A stretch of 63,090 bases of DNA, filler included, from Basidioascus undulatus (lineage: Eukaryota): the NCBI GenBank assembly GCA_000826855.1. It is 3 parts of 3 records of this genome, joined end to end, with 100 filler letters (N's around TTAATTAATTAA, not from the genome) between each part and the next. Parts side by side here need not be neighbours in the genome. Positions count along the whole stretch, not along the records: positions 21,070 to 42,035 come from JTLS01000351.1; positions 42,136 to 63,090 come from JTLS01000352.1; 1 more part is not named here. The stretch is one strand, 5' to 3'. The notes below the pieces were generated by a model. The model had not been told where the DNA came from. It ran no database searches and worked only from the letters and a program-made list of their open reading frames with translations. Below are positions 36,865 through 49,728 of the stretch, piece by piece (position 1 is the first letter of the stretch; every line of letters begins with the position of its first letter). The position numbers and the translations under genes were made by a program.

Positions 36865-38088
36865 ATGCCCGGCATTTCTACCGACCCCTTCATCATCCTC
36901 CTCCTCTCCATATCCCTCCAAATCCTCGGCCTCTCTCACCGCTCCCGAACCCTCCATCTCGCCCTCGTCCTCCCGCTCTCCCTCTTACTTACTCACGACG
37001 CGCGTCCTCCTCCTCACAACCTACCACGAGCCCCTCCCACTCATGCGCCTTACGCCTCACCTGGTCGAGCTCCGCGAACCAGATCGCCCTTCGCTCGATC
37101 GAGTTGCTCCTCTGCTCCGGGAACCCGCACACGACGTTCCGGCGCGACGGCGAGAGCGGGCCGCCGGATGATGGCTCGCTCGCCTGCGATGGGCGTGGCG
37201 CTGTGGGTCAACCGTTGAGGAGTGGGGTGGAACTTGAGTTCTGAGGGATTGGCCGGACGCGAAGGCGCCCCTATCCAGAGCGGGGTTTATCTTTCGCGCT
37301 CTTATCCGCGTGGTGCTCTGGTACCTCGTCGCCGACTGCCTGAACACCTTCGTGTACTACACGCCGTAGTCGCTCCTCCCGCCCCCATTCGTCCCCCTCA
37401 CGACGTCCTCACCGCTGGATCGATCGAGCTGCCCTACCTCTACTTCGGGGTCATAGGAGTCGCGAAGGGAGCGTATGCGCCGGAGGACTGCCCGCCTTTT
37501 TGGGAGATACGGAAGCGCTTCAAGGCGTCGCGGACGCTGAGGGGCTGTTGGGGGAGGGGTTGGCATCAGATTTATCGGAGGGTGAGGTTTATTGTTTTAG
37601 CGATGGCTAATTTTCTTGCTGAAAGTGGGACTCGAGCGATTCCAGCCTGGTTCGCGAGCCTCTCGGGCGTGCAACCGAGCAAGAACTTCGTCCTCATCTG
37701 CGCTTTCCTCCCTCCGGAATCGTCCGTACACCTTCCTCCCTCCTCCAACCACCCACAATCCCCCTAACCCGCCCTGCCCCGCAGTTCCACGCCCTCGGCA
37801 CCTGCTGGGGACTCACCGCCGGACATGGCCTGCGCACCTTCGCGTTCTTCGCGATCCAGCCGCTCGGCTTGTGGGTCGGGGAGCAAGTTCTGAAGGTTGA
37901 GAGCAGGTGTTCTGCATGGGCGGGGTATGTCTGGGTCGTTGCTTGGCTGAGCGCGACGCATGCCGCTGTGGTACGGGGAGATGGTTGCGGTGGGGTACTA
38001 CCAGGATGAGCGGCGGCATGTGCCTGTTTCGGTGGTACAGGCGGTGCTGGACCGTATGAAGCTGTTGTGGTCGGGACGGGCTTTGTAA
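36865..38088 (+). pseudogene. Wax synthase/MBOAT_2 O-acyltransferase, disrupted
   Basis: Hydrophobic N-terminus; N-R-*-GVGWN (TGA at 37216 where the conserved Arg is expected); CPPFW...TLRGCWGRGWHQIYRR; FFAIQPLG; GYVWVVAWL; several frameshifts. Confidence 0.8.
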
Positions 38089-40164
38089 GACCAGATATCA
38101 TGGACGGATTACGCAGTTTGCGGTTGCCAAGCCAGCGGGCATGGATTGCGTGAGTGAACAGCCGCCCCTACTGGGAGCTTGAAGCCAATCGTTCCCTGAA
38201 AATGGCTTCTGGTATTGAGTAAACGAAAGCTCGAAAGAATCCTAGATGTCCCCACTTTGGTCTGCCTGTCGGGCTTAGCTGATAGGGTCGGCACTTGAAT
38301 AACCATCCCGGCTGCTCTTACAGGCCAGTTTCTCAATAGATTCTGCTGCAGTGCATATTAACAAGGTCCTGATCATAAAAGCATGAGGTGTCAGTTACCG
38401 GAGGAGCGGGAACCGTGTGCCGCAAGCTGGACAGAATGCTAGGGTTGCGGCAGAATACACACCGCCAGACGAGGTGACCTCTCGGTTGGAATTTCGTGAT
38501 TCCCGGTGAGCAGACAGATGCAAGCAGAAAGGCAAGTGCCTGCTTTGAAGAAACGGAGCGTGAATAAGTAATGTGCAGCAACGTCGAGCTTCAGATTTCT
38601 GACAGACGACAGCCACAACATCCTGCGTTCCCGACGCGTTCCTTTTTATTCTCAAGAACCCATTTCACAACATCGCTCTGCACCTTCATCATTCCCTCGT
38701 CTTCTATACCCCTCGCTCATAACCATCCCTATCATACTACACCATGAAGTTGCCCTGGGCCAGCGAAACAGCGGTGGACACACATGCGCTGCTTCCCCAC
38801 TCCCCAGATCTCGCAGACCCGATCGCGGTGCATCCGCTGGCCGAGAATTTCACCGATGTTCTGCTCTCCTAATACCGCATCTCTGCACCCGGCACACATC
38901 GCGGCCGGTTTCGAATCTCGAACAAAGCGCACGCGCCGTTCACGGAGGCGGGGTTCGCTGCTCTCCCCCTCCACGTCGTCGAGCACCTCGAGGATTACCG
39001 CCAGCGGGCGTGTGATCAGGTGGAGCTCCTTTTGGCCCTTCGAAAGAAATGGCTTGGCGTTCAGAAATGTCGACTGGCTGTTGACAATCGCTCAGCAGCT
39101 CAAGGCCGGTGTCCAGTTGATCATGTGTGCGTCGATAGCGAGTTAACTGTGACCCTGCAGGTTCTAACCGTGTTTCCCTTCGTAGCCTATCGAGACCATC
39201 GCACTACTCATCTGGGGCTTCCACCTATTGTTGCATCTGCCCGCGGCACCGCCTTCAAAACGTGCGTCATTCCTCCGTTTCCTCCCCCGACCTTCTTTTG
39301 AACATCTTCACCGCCGCCTTTATATGCTCATGCCGTTTTCGAACAGCTTCCACCACGAGAATCTTTTCAAAGGCAGCGAGTTCGGATCCGCGCTGCTCCC
39401 GACGTTTGAACCCAGCGGGCCCAGCGCCGCCCACGCCTATCGCTCCACACTGTCCCGCCCGCACGACAATCAAGAGGAGAACGACCCGAAAGATTTTTTG
39501 GAGTCTGAGTCTCTCTTACGCCAGCGCACCGGCTATTCGATGTATCCAGGGACAATTGATGGATCCTTTATGACAAACGTTTTTGAGCTTGCATGACGCT
39601 GACGATGCGAACCAATGCTTCGCGAGCGGTTGGCGTGAGCGGTCGGTATGAACCGTCCCTCTGCGATGTCGTTGCGGACGAGGCAGTACAATGATGCATG
39701 CACGAGTCTGCCCGCGTTAACCTGCACTCCTAGGCCAGCGCGTGTCACTGTAAGGCCGCACGCCAATCCACAGCCAACAACTGCGACATGATGCGAGGTA
39801 TATCGATGTAGAGATTCGGAAAGTACAGAGTAAATGAGGTTGCTGATACTACAGATAGGCTACCTCCTCGCAGTGACTTGGGAACTTATTCGTGTGGGCC
39901 GGGGAAGGATGAATGGACGTGCGGACGTGCGGAGGAGGATGATGATGCTGCTAAGCAAGAAGATGAAAAATGCGCGCGAGCATGAACGAGACAACAATGC
40001 GAAGAATAGAAAATGAGGTGGGAAATAGTAAGTGAAATGTAGCACACGGAGCGATAATGGGACGATGCGATGCGATGGTTGTGTGTAAGGAGGAATGAAG
40101 ATCAACAGCGGCGTCCGTGGGGCCGAGGCTGAGCAAGCAGGGTCGGAGACGATAGCGGGGAGCC

Positions 40165-42035
40165 TCAGCTAGGCGTACTCGACTTGCGCGGCTTCAAAGA
40201 GCTGCTGCCGGCCTTTTTGTGGCTGCTCGAGCTGCCGCCCTCGACCTTGATTTTCTTGGCCGACGGCTCCGCGTCCGCACTGCCGCCGTTCGGGCGCTTC
40301 GAACTGGACGAAGCCGCGGGCGCGGTGGATGACCCGTGCTTGGCGTCGGACCCTTGCATCTTGTCGTAGATGTCGATGAGCTTCGTGTACTTGACTTCAC
40401 GCGGCCAGAAGAGGGAGGTGAAGACCTAACACGACGGGAGACATGCGTAAGCGAGAGAGCAAGGTAGGAAAGGCGGATAGACGGTGAGGATATCACGCAC
40501 CCATGCGTGCTTGCGCAGTCGTTGGTGGTCGGCCTGGCCAGCGGTAATCTCCTCGATGCGCGCGCCGATGACACGGAGACAGTCTTTGAGGAGTGCGATC
40601 TTCTCCTGGCCCTCGAGGCCTTCTGTCCCGGTTTTGAGCGTTTTCTGAGAACGAAGCAAGGGGCAGCAATGAGCAGAGGCGACGCAACGGAAGTATAGCT
40701 GAAGGAGATGGAGGGGGACGAACGAGCTGCTTCTTGACCGGGCGCATCTGCTCCTTCATCTCCGCCTCGTCCATCGACGGACTGCAGATGGAGGTAGGAT
40801 GAGCACATGGGCAATGTATATGCTCGAGGTAACTTCGCCACGCACCACTCGTCCGAGTCCTCGGAATCCGTAAACTCCGGCGTCGGTCTACGCTTCTTGG
40901 GCTTCGGCTCGCCCGCGCTCTCCGCGCCGCTCGTCGGGGCGCTCTTCTTCTTGCTCGGTCCGGCCGAGCCGAGGCGGGAGATCTTGCTCGTCGACGCCGA
41001 GGCGGCGTTGGGGGGGCCCGCAGCGTTGATCTGCTCCTGCACGGCGTGCGCGTTGTCGACGGCCTCGCGGACGGCGCCGAGCAGGTAGTCGCTTCGGCGG
41101 ACGAGGTGGATCGCGTTCGGGATCTGGCGGATCTTGCCCTCGCCCTCGGCCGGCTTCGACTTGCCCTTGCCGTCCTCGAGGAAGACCTTGCCCGCGAGCC
41201 CGAGCTCCGCGTCCGCGACCATCGCGTCCCAGTTGCCGAGGCCGTGCCGCCAGCAGCCAACGAGGAGCATCGCATCGTCGCGCGCCGTCCATCTGCCAAT
41301 TCCGCGGCCACATCAGTACGCCAACATGACAAGCACAGCGTGAACTGAAGGACGCACTCGGACGCCCATCCGATGACGTTCTTCAGGTGCTCAACGGGCA
41401 CTCTCCAGTCGAGCGGGTTCTTGACGCGGGACAGAATGTCGTGGAGGAAGCCGAGGTCGTGATGGCGCATGTACACCGTGCTCGCATTGATGCTCGTGAT
41501 GTTGCGGAACGTGACGAGCACGGCCTTGTTGCGGTCGTTCTGGCTCAGTGTCTCGCCCGCGGCCGCGCGCGCCTTGAGCTCTGCCTGGTTCTTGTCGTGC
41601 GCGGCCTTGCAGATCTCGAGCAGCTCGTCCGACGCCTGGATGAGCACCGTGCGATTCTTGGCCTCCAGCTTCCCGTCCTTGACCTGAACGTCGACGCCGC
41701 ATCAGCAAAGCTCGAGTATGAAAGAGCGAAGAGCGTACGATGGCCTCGAGACGCTTCCGAATGTCGCCCCATCGCTGGATGCCACGAATGAGATTCCGAA
41801 GGTCACGCTCTGCAAAACAACATCAGCATCGCGGCTTCGCTTAGAACCCCGATCTGGCGGCGACAAGCTCGCTCACCCTTGAGCTCAAGCGCGCGCTGAG
41901 CGCTCGTCTTGCGCGGGCCGGTTGGACCCCCGCCCTTCTTCTTGCCGGGCGCGGTAGAACTGCCTCCAGCATTCGAACTGTCTGGCGACGGCGGCTCGCC
42001 GATGTCGTACGTGCCGGAGGCGATGTTGGCCGCGG
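40165..42035 (-). CDS. CHD1: Chromatin remodeller Chd1/Hrp3, C-terminal part (SANT-SLIDE plus CHCT)
   Basis: RDLRNLIRGIQRWGD, KAVLVTFRN, WTARDDAMLLVGCWRHGLGNW, PNAIHLVRRSDYLL, MRPVKKQL, LKDCLRVIG, FWPREV. The 5' part is lost at the contig edge. Confidence 0.92.
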
Positions 42036-42135
42036 NNNNNNNNNNNNNNNNNNNNNNNNNNNNNNNNNNNNNNNNNNNNTTAATTAATTAANNNNNNNNN
42101 NNNNNNNNNNNNNNNNNNNNNNNNNNNNNNNNNNN
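42036..42135. other. Artificial contig linker (N44-TTAATTAATTAA-N44)
   Basis: Same structure as the first linker, with the cassette at 42080-42091. Confidence 0.99.
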
Positions 42136-42195
42136 GTCCTTGTCCTTGTCCTTGTCCTTGTCCTTGTCCTTGTCCTTGTCCTTGTCCTTGTCCTT
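42136..42195 (-). repeat. (GACAAG)10 coding microsatellite (Asp-Lys repeat) at contig end
   Basis: GTCCTT x10 on the plus strand. Confidence 0.95.
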
Positions 42196-43386
42196 CCCCG
42201 CGCTCCGCAAACTCAGGTACGCGCCGAGCCCGCCTAGCCCGATACTGCCCCATTTGCTCGGCTCCGCTGCAGGCGTATAGGAAGAGGACGCCGGGGGGCG
42301 CTTCGGCTCGCGCGTGCCCCCGCTCCCGCCGCTGGTAGACCGCCAGGGAACAAGGGAGCGCATGGAGAGGCCGCTGGCGGAGGAGGTGGAGGAGGACGGC
42401 GCGAGAGGGTGAGGGCCGGACGGGGGAGGGGCGCGCATGGGAGAGAGGTGTGAGAGGTGCGTGTGGAGCGTGAGCAGGAAGGAGGGGGATGCGAGGGGCG
42501 TGGGGGGGTCCGTGAGCGGGAGGGGGGAGCCCGTGTGTTGCAGGAGGGGTTGGACGTCGGGAGATAGAGGGGCGAGGAGGGATGGGATGTGGGTGGCGAT
42601 GTGTGCGGCGAGTGGGGATGGTGGGAAGCCTGAAGGTAATGCCCAATAAGAATTTTGGGCTTCCCCCGGGCTGGACAGATGGAAGAACAGGCTCACCTCC
42701 TATCGCGCTCTCGACGCTGTTCGCGCCGCCCTCGCCCAGCTCGGCATCCCACCCCCACACCCAGCCAACCCACCACTTCTCGAGCCGCCGCTCGAGGCCA
42801 TCCCAGCCGTGCTCGCGCAGGAGGCTCGCGAACGAGCCGTGGAGGAGGACGAACGTCCGATAGGCCGCGAGGAGCGCGGTGCGGAGGACGGAGGAGCGCA
42901 GCTGGCGCGGGTGGTCGATGGCCTGCGGGGAGGGAGGATTGAGCGGTCACTGGAGAGGAGTGTTGTGGGAGGTGTACGCACGCAGTGCAGATAGAAGTCT
43001 GGTTCTGGCTCGAGCAGGAGCAGGCGCCGTTTTTGGGACTGCACGTCCTCGACCTTCTGATCAGACACGAACATCCTGTCGAACCGCCCGCAGCACAATC
43101 AGCGATACCTCTTTCATCGCACACAGCATCGACGGTGTACGCACTTCGAGAAGTTTATGATGCCCATTGCCAGTCCGACCTGCCTGAGGGCCTTGTCCCT
43201 GCCGACGGTGCGCTCGCGCGAAGTGTAGAACACGATCTGCGCCTTCTCGTCCGCGTCCTCGTCCTCGCCGCCTCCATCCCCATCGTCGCCATCCTTGCTC
43301 TTCTGCTGTTTGGGCGCCTTGAGAGTGGGGTTGAATATGGCAAAGTAGGATATTGAAGGGGGCGGGGGCGCTACAGGCGACAGCAT
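42136..43386 (-). CDS. CCZ1: Vacuolar fusion protein Ccz1 (longin domain), 5' part
   Basis: SISYFAIFNPTL...DEDADEKAQIVFYTSRERTVGRDKALRQVGLAMGIINFS; VQSQKRRLLLLEPEPDFYLHC; LERWLEKWLVGWVWGWD. Confidence 0.85.
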
Positions 43387-43702
43387 GACGGTTTCGCTGC
43401 AAGGGGCGCCTGCGAGTCTCAGGCGCGTCCTATCGACTGCCGTGTTTGGGTTCCCAGGCATGGGCTCCAGCGCGCGGCAGTTGCCCTTTGACCCCCAGCG
43501 TCTCTCCTGCCGATTTCTCATCCTCACCGCCTCACCTTACGGAATTCTACTCGATATTGACAAACCCAGACGATAATACTTTTGCTCACCGTTCACGCCC
43601 CTTTCCTCCTCATCCACACCATCGCCGTCGCCGTTCCTCGCAGCAGACCGCGTCGATCATCCGAGTCCCTCGTCCGGCTCCTTCGTGACCCCGACGCGTT
43701 CG

Positions 43703-46700
43703 ATGTCAAAGACGCCCTCCCCAGTGCGGAGCATCCGCGATCGCTGGGAGCAGCTTGCGCAAGCCAGCGCCCTCGCCCCCGCCCCCAGTACATCTCCCGC
43801 CTCGACCATCGCCAGCCGCAGGCTGTCCTGGGTGCCCCCGAGCGATGCCAGCGATGCGAAGACGACTACCAGCGACGATCACGCACCCGACGAGGTCGTA
43901 CGCGTGAAGGCGCCCGAGCCACCGCTGCTCAAAAACGCTGCAGTGCCGGTTCCGGTGCCTGCGCCGCCGTCTTCATCTCTAACGACCGCAGAGCGGCCAC
44001 CACCGAGCCCGCCGAAACCGCCGCCGCAGCCCCTGCCGCAGACGCCTGCAACGCCCCGCATCATCCCACCAAGTCCGGATCTGGACCAAGCGCAGTTCAT
44101 GTCGGGACCGAGATCAGATTTGTGAGTTGACTGCCCGTTATCGTCGGGCGGTTGGTTCTTATGGTGGGAAGCGGTCACAGCGATGTTGGGCCGGCGAATC
44201 CCGTCGACCCCCAAACAGCACTTCGCGACCTCGCGAAGAGCATCCAGGAGATATCCACTACGATCTTTCGGATGCAAGGTGAGCATTGTTCAATGTGCTC
44301 CGCATCTGCATCTTCTAACGCTTGGCGCCTGTAGAGCTTCGACACGCTTCACAACCCTCCGGACCCCCCACACCCTCCTCCTCCCTGCCGTCAACGCCGC
44401 CCGACCTTGACACGCCCCTCGCCTCGCTCGAGGGCCTGCTCATGTCCTCCCTATCCCTCATCAATTCCCTCCCGCCCTCCCCGGAGCTGGAGGACCTGCA
44501 AGCGCGCTTCGAGGTCGTCGAGCGCGACGCGGAGCTCCTGCGCGAGGAGCTCAAGGAGGACAAGTGGCTCGTCGTCTTCCGCACGACGAGCAACCAAGCC
44601 GAAGGGATGATGGACAGCTTGGAGAAGGGCGTCAAGGGCTGCTACGTGAGTGCTCGGCTCATTGGGTCTGGAGCCGGCAGGCGGATGGCCGACGGAGCTC
44701 GTGGATGGGTGGGTGATCGAGACAGGACTTCATCGTGGAAGCGACACGCCGGCCGTCCAACGCTTCCGCAGACCCCACCTCTCCCCTCTCCATCGCCTCT
44801 TTCTCGCACGGCCCTCGACCGCCAGACACGTCCTATGCAGCCTGGCAATCGCTCTTCCATTCCTTCGAGACCAAGTCAAAGTACGTCCATTGTGCGCATT
44901 CATACATCCCCAGCAGCAATCTGACGTCTCTCCCGCACAGATACTACCTCCCGTCCCTCACGCGCGTCCTCGCTATGCTCTCCCGCTCGCTCTCGGAGCG
45001 CGCAACCCAAAACGGCGAGTGCCTACGCCGGCACGCCGACCTGCACGCGCGCTGGCGCGAGCTGCAGGAGCACATCTCGCGCGCGGAGCGTGAGATGCGC
45101 GAGCTCGGCCCGCTCCTGCTGCAGGCCGAGCAGAAGGGGCCGCCGAGCACGCCCGGCAGAGCTTCTGCATCCTCTCCTCGCGGTGGGCCAGCGCCAACGC
45201 CTCGCCAGGCCGCGAGCACACCCTCCCGGAGCGGGCTGCGCCGGACCGCGCTCGAGCAGGCTTCGCCCGCTTCCTCAACATCGTCCATCACCACCGCCCA
45301 TCATCGTAGTTCGCGCTCCCTGTCCGCCACCACCCCGCCCGTCACCAACAAGTCGTACTTCGTCTCGCAGTCCTCCGCGCCGGGGTGGTCCATGCTCTCT
45401 CCCAACACCGCGCGCCGCGGCCCCCCGAGCGTCGCAGGGAGCGACACGAGCTCCAAGAGCCGCACGGCGGACAAGCCGCGCTGGAACCTCAGCGTCAAGT
45501 CCGACCCGGACGACCGCCCCAGCAGCCCGTTCAGCTCGCCCTCGCTGTCCGCTTCGGGGCGGCCGTCGAGCAGGATGGGCGGCGCCAGGCCGCCGAGCAG
45601 GATAGCCAGGGCGGGGAGTGAGCCGCCTTCTAATGGCAGGCCCGAGAGCCGCGCGGGGTCGGCAAGGCCGCCGAGTCGGGCCACTGGCGCGCATCCACCG
45701 AGCAGAGCAGGCTTGGGCATCTCGACCTCGCCGGTACGCGAGCCGTACCCGCGCTCACCCAGCAGATCGGGCGTTCCCGCACCCATCCAGCCGCCCAGCC
45801 GCGCCGGCCAATCCCTCCAAACGCCTCCAGCGCGCACAGGCCGAGCCCCGCGCACCCCCTCCTCCGCACCGACATTCCCCTCCTCCACCCTCACCCCACC
45901 TTCCGCCGGCGCGCGCGCACGCCCCCGCACGCCCTCCGGTATCCCCGACCCTTCGTCGGGCCTGCCATACCCCTCCCCACCGAGCAGCATCAATGGCGCG
46001 AGCAGTTCGCTCATGCAGCGCGCGCTCTCGCCCACACCCTCAAACATGACCGCCTCGACGGCAGCGTCGAGCAGCCGTATCCCCCTCCCACGCCAGAGCT
46101 TCTCCCCGCCCAGCAGTCCCTCCACGGGCGGCGCGGGGTACACCGGCAATGGCCGCGCCCAGACGCCCGAAGCGGGCATCCGCGCCCGCGCGCAGCCGTT
46201 CTACGGCGGATTGTCGGCGCTCCCGGCGGCGGAGGGGCCCCAGGGACGCCGCACACTTGTTAAGCGCACTAGCAGGACATTCTCCCCACGCGGGAACGGG
46301 AGCATCACCCCCGCTGCGGGCGCGAACGGCAGCGCGCTCGACCTCGGCGTCACGGTCGACACGTACCGCCCGAACCCGAAGGACCCGCTGGACGTGCGTT
46401 CCCTCCCGCCTCTCAGCACTCCACTTCCCATCCAACTGACACTTCTCTGTTCTTGATTCCTGGCTTCGCAGGTGGAGGTCGCCTCCGTATACAACAAGCA
46501 CGCGTTCTCGCTCCAGATCGAGCGCGTCGACCCGCCCCTGCGCGGGCCCGCGCCCGCAGGCGAGCACAAGGCCTCGTACGCGTTCACGAACGCCATCGCG
46601 CGAAAGGTCGTCGCGTGCCGGCTGATGGAGCTCGGCCGCCCGGGCCCCGATGGCACAAAGGGAAAGAGGAAGGTCATGGTGCGCGTCGGCGGCGGTGAGT

Positions 46701-46815
46701 GGATCGTCTCCGCTGGACGACGCGGGGGACTGCGCGCTGATGTGAGGCGGAATGCGGCGGTCCGATAGGCTGGCAAGACTTGGAGATCTATATCCTCAAC
46801 CGACAGGCCGTCTAG
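43703..46815 (+). CDS. GAS2/GAR-domain microtubule-binding protein with Kar9-like helical N-terminal region
   Basis: IQEISTTIFRMQELRH, LREELKEDKWLVVFRT, long Ser/Pro/Arg linker, C-terminal YRPNPKDPLDVEVA...KVMVRVGGGWQDLEIYILNR*. Confidence 0.85.
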
Positions 46816-49728
46816 CCTGTCCCGTCCCGCCGCCGGAGATTACCTTATGCCGGCTTCGTGGTCTATTGTCCCTTACCCTCTATGAATACATTCCCCGAAC
46901 CATCGAAACGCATATCCCGGTTCTTGCCTGCCGCTTAGGTGCCCCATTTCTGACCGCTGTCTGTGTCCGCATTGAGCCCAGACCCCATATGCTTGCTTAT
47001 CGCGATCCGACGCGCTCGGATAGAGTGCCTCGTGAAGAGGGAGATGTCGCTAACCTGCGCGGCGGCCACATTTGACTCGGTTGTGCCTCAGCATATGGTC
47101 CATCCGCTGAACCTCGATGAAGTCCGCACTAGCACGCTTTTACTTTCAGCTGAGGCGAGCTCTCGAACAAACCTCACCGCAGCAGGGATCATAAGGAGAC
47201 ATTCTGGTATGTATACTCCGGGTGTGCAAAACCTCTGCTTCATCAGCTGATGCCCCTCTCACATAGGAGGGCGTGATCCCCATCATTTCGCGTTGACAGT
47301 CTCTGCGCTGCTGGATGCCGCTCGGCGCCACCTTTCCATCGGAGTTGAGATGAGCCATCCTTTCGCTGTATGTATCGCAGTCATGCTCCGCCAGCCTTCT
47401 TCAGGCAGTCGGATAATAACCAAGATCGGCCTTCGTCGGGCTAGTGCTCATGTGCTCAGTCAATTCGGACCAATTAGAAGACTATCGTGAGCATCACCAA
47501 CTCTTTCTCGACGTTTCTTGCTTTGGCTTCTTACTCTGGAGCGCATACCTCGCCCCACCGCAGCGGCCTTGTCCGATGGCCGAATGCGTCGCTGAGCTCA
47601 TTCCTCGAGATGCGGCTCCATTCTTGCTGAGGCAAAGCTTACCTCACATTATCCGATTTTTCTGTCGAGCTGGGGCTCTAGTTACTGAGACTGAGCTCAG
47701 ATCCGAGGTCGTGACCTCTTTCCCTGCACTCGTAGACCATATCGGAGGCGAAAGCGAACTTGTCAAGTTGCTGCCGGAACTGGAGTTCGATGCTCTCGAT
47801 AAACGCCCAACAGCGGGGCTCTCATTGAAGAACTCCTGCTCTACTCTAGTCGACCTCCGTCTTCCGGGAAGTTCAACGCTTCCAGCCGCCCGTCAAATGC
47901 GCTAGCCGAAATTCTCCTGAGCAGCCGCATGGTTTCTCTGAACGTCATTGCTCCCTTCTTACGTATCGCACCTCACCTTTGAGCGACCGTGACCCTCAAG
48001 GGCCAGTACGGAAGGCCCTTTCGAAGAACTTGTCGGTTCCTACTGGAGCGTAGTGCAACCACTTTCACTACCCTTGTCAGCAGCATAAACGGGTTTATGG
48101 TTTTCGTCCTTCATACAAGCCATCCACCCCCCGATCCAATGAGCTTCTTGAAGATCTTGGCTCGGTCTGGACCGGCTTCACGGTAAATATGCACAACGCC
48201 CCAGGGTTTCATCTCACTCAGCCTTGCTCTAACCTACGCCACGCCTCTCCATCTCCAGGCCCACATGGCCCACTACCTTATCCGTATCCCACTCGGTCTT
48301 CTTCACCCACAACAATTGTGACTGCTCCTGGCTCTCCTCTCGAGCCGTCGGCCCAGGACCTACCCACTGCCCCCGCCACCGGTGGCGACGGCCCTCGTCC
48401 TTGCGTTTCTCGCCTGCGGCTCGTACTTGTGGACTCACAGGAGCGCCCCCCCACGCGACATTGAAATGACGCCAATGCTCCAGGAATTTTTGGACGGGGA
48501 GGAGTAGAGGGTGCAGGATTAGGTTGGGAGAGTTGGTGCTAGCCGGTTCGAACGTTGCCCATCGGTGGTCCTTGCGCTTTTCGGGACGCCGCTTGCTATA
48601 GCTCGATCAGTAAAACATTGAAACTTGCTTGATTGTTCTTGTCTCTTACTTTTCCTTTTGGTAGGGGAATGGATACACAGCCCTCTTCTTGATCTTTGGG
48701 ATGTGCGCGCGGCCTGCACAGTTTGCTTGTACGGATTAACTGCACCCGACTACCTTGCCGTCTCCCGAATGACTTGAAAGTCCGATCAAAGAGAAGGAAT
48801 GCCTCAATAAAAGAATTTTAATTAATAGCCTCATCAATTTGTTTGATTGTTCTTGTAGTTGTAACTATTGCAATGAGGCGGCTGCCGGGCGGCCCCCGTG
48901 CGGTACCTCCTAATTCACTTTGACAAGCTTCAATGTTCTGCTCCATGTCCTGAGTCTGGAAATTACGGAATGCAACTCAAACATATCATGTATTGCTTCA
49001 ATTTTGGGACGACCGGCATCTGTTGATGCGCGTCAGTAGGTCGGGCTCCATTAAGGTGTTGTTGCCTTGTGTTTTCTTCCTCTGTTCCCTTTCTTCCCTT
49101 TTTCACTCATGGATCTGACCCGTCGCTAACACTCTTACAACGGATTGACACATAGAACTGTTAACTGAATCTGCTAGTGCGCCTCACTCACGGCTTCGTA
49201 GTCCTCGGCAGCCCGATGTTCACGACTTTCAATACCAGGCAGGCTGCTCCTTTCCTCCGGTCGATTTCCCCGTCCCTCCTCGTGCTTCTTCGCAAAATTC
49301 TCCCTGAAATTCCCTTGTAGGGCAAATAATCCACAGGTCTACATATATCAGCCATCGTCATGTTGGATGAATCACTCGGAATCCGTTGCGGGCGTCTTCG
49401 TCTCCAACCCTTTGTTGCATGCAGGCCCTGCCGCCCGCGGGCGCGTTCTGGTCAACCTTTTCTGGTCTCATCCTCCCATCCTCCTCCCCATTACTCTCCA
49501 AGACCTTGCTGACTACCCAAGTAGCAGGGCCTACGCGCAACAGGATCGCACAACTCGAGATAGCTCCATCTCCCGCCTTCGATCTTCTACCATCTAAAGA
49601 AGGGCTGATGTCGAGCAGGGTCGTCTGGTGCGGACAGCAGAGACAGGAACATGGACATGCTGTTATGTTCACAAGCCCTGGAAGATCCACCGCTTGCCCC
49701 AAGCCAAGGCTTCCACCTCCGGGGCAGA

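Noticed and set aside
34973..37218. Premature stops as programmed readthrough, selenocysteine or A-to-I editing sites
   Set aside because: The same genes also carry frameshifts, and the expected residues are Gln or Arg, so decay is the simpler explanation.
36865..38088. Secondary-metabolite cluster (MBOAT acyltransferase plus Zn2Cys6 factor)
   Set aside because: No backbone enzyme is present, the acyltransferase is disrupted, and unrelated genes intervene.
38745..39596. Broken ORFs with intron-like signals (also 35400-36400 and 19800-20400)
   Set aside because: No recognisable motif and no consistent gene model could be built.
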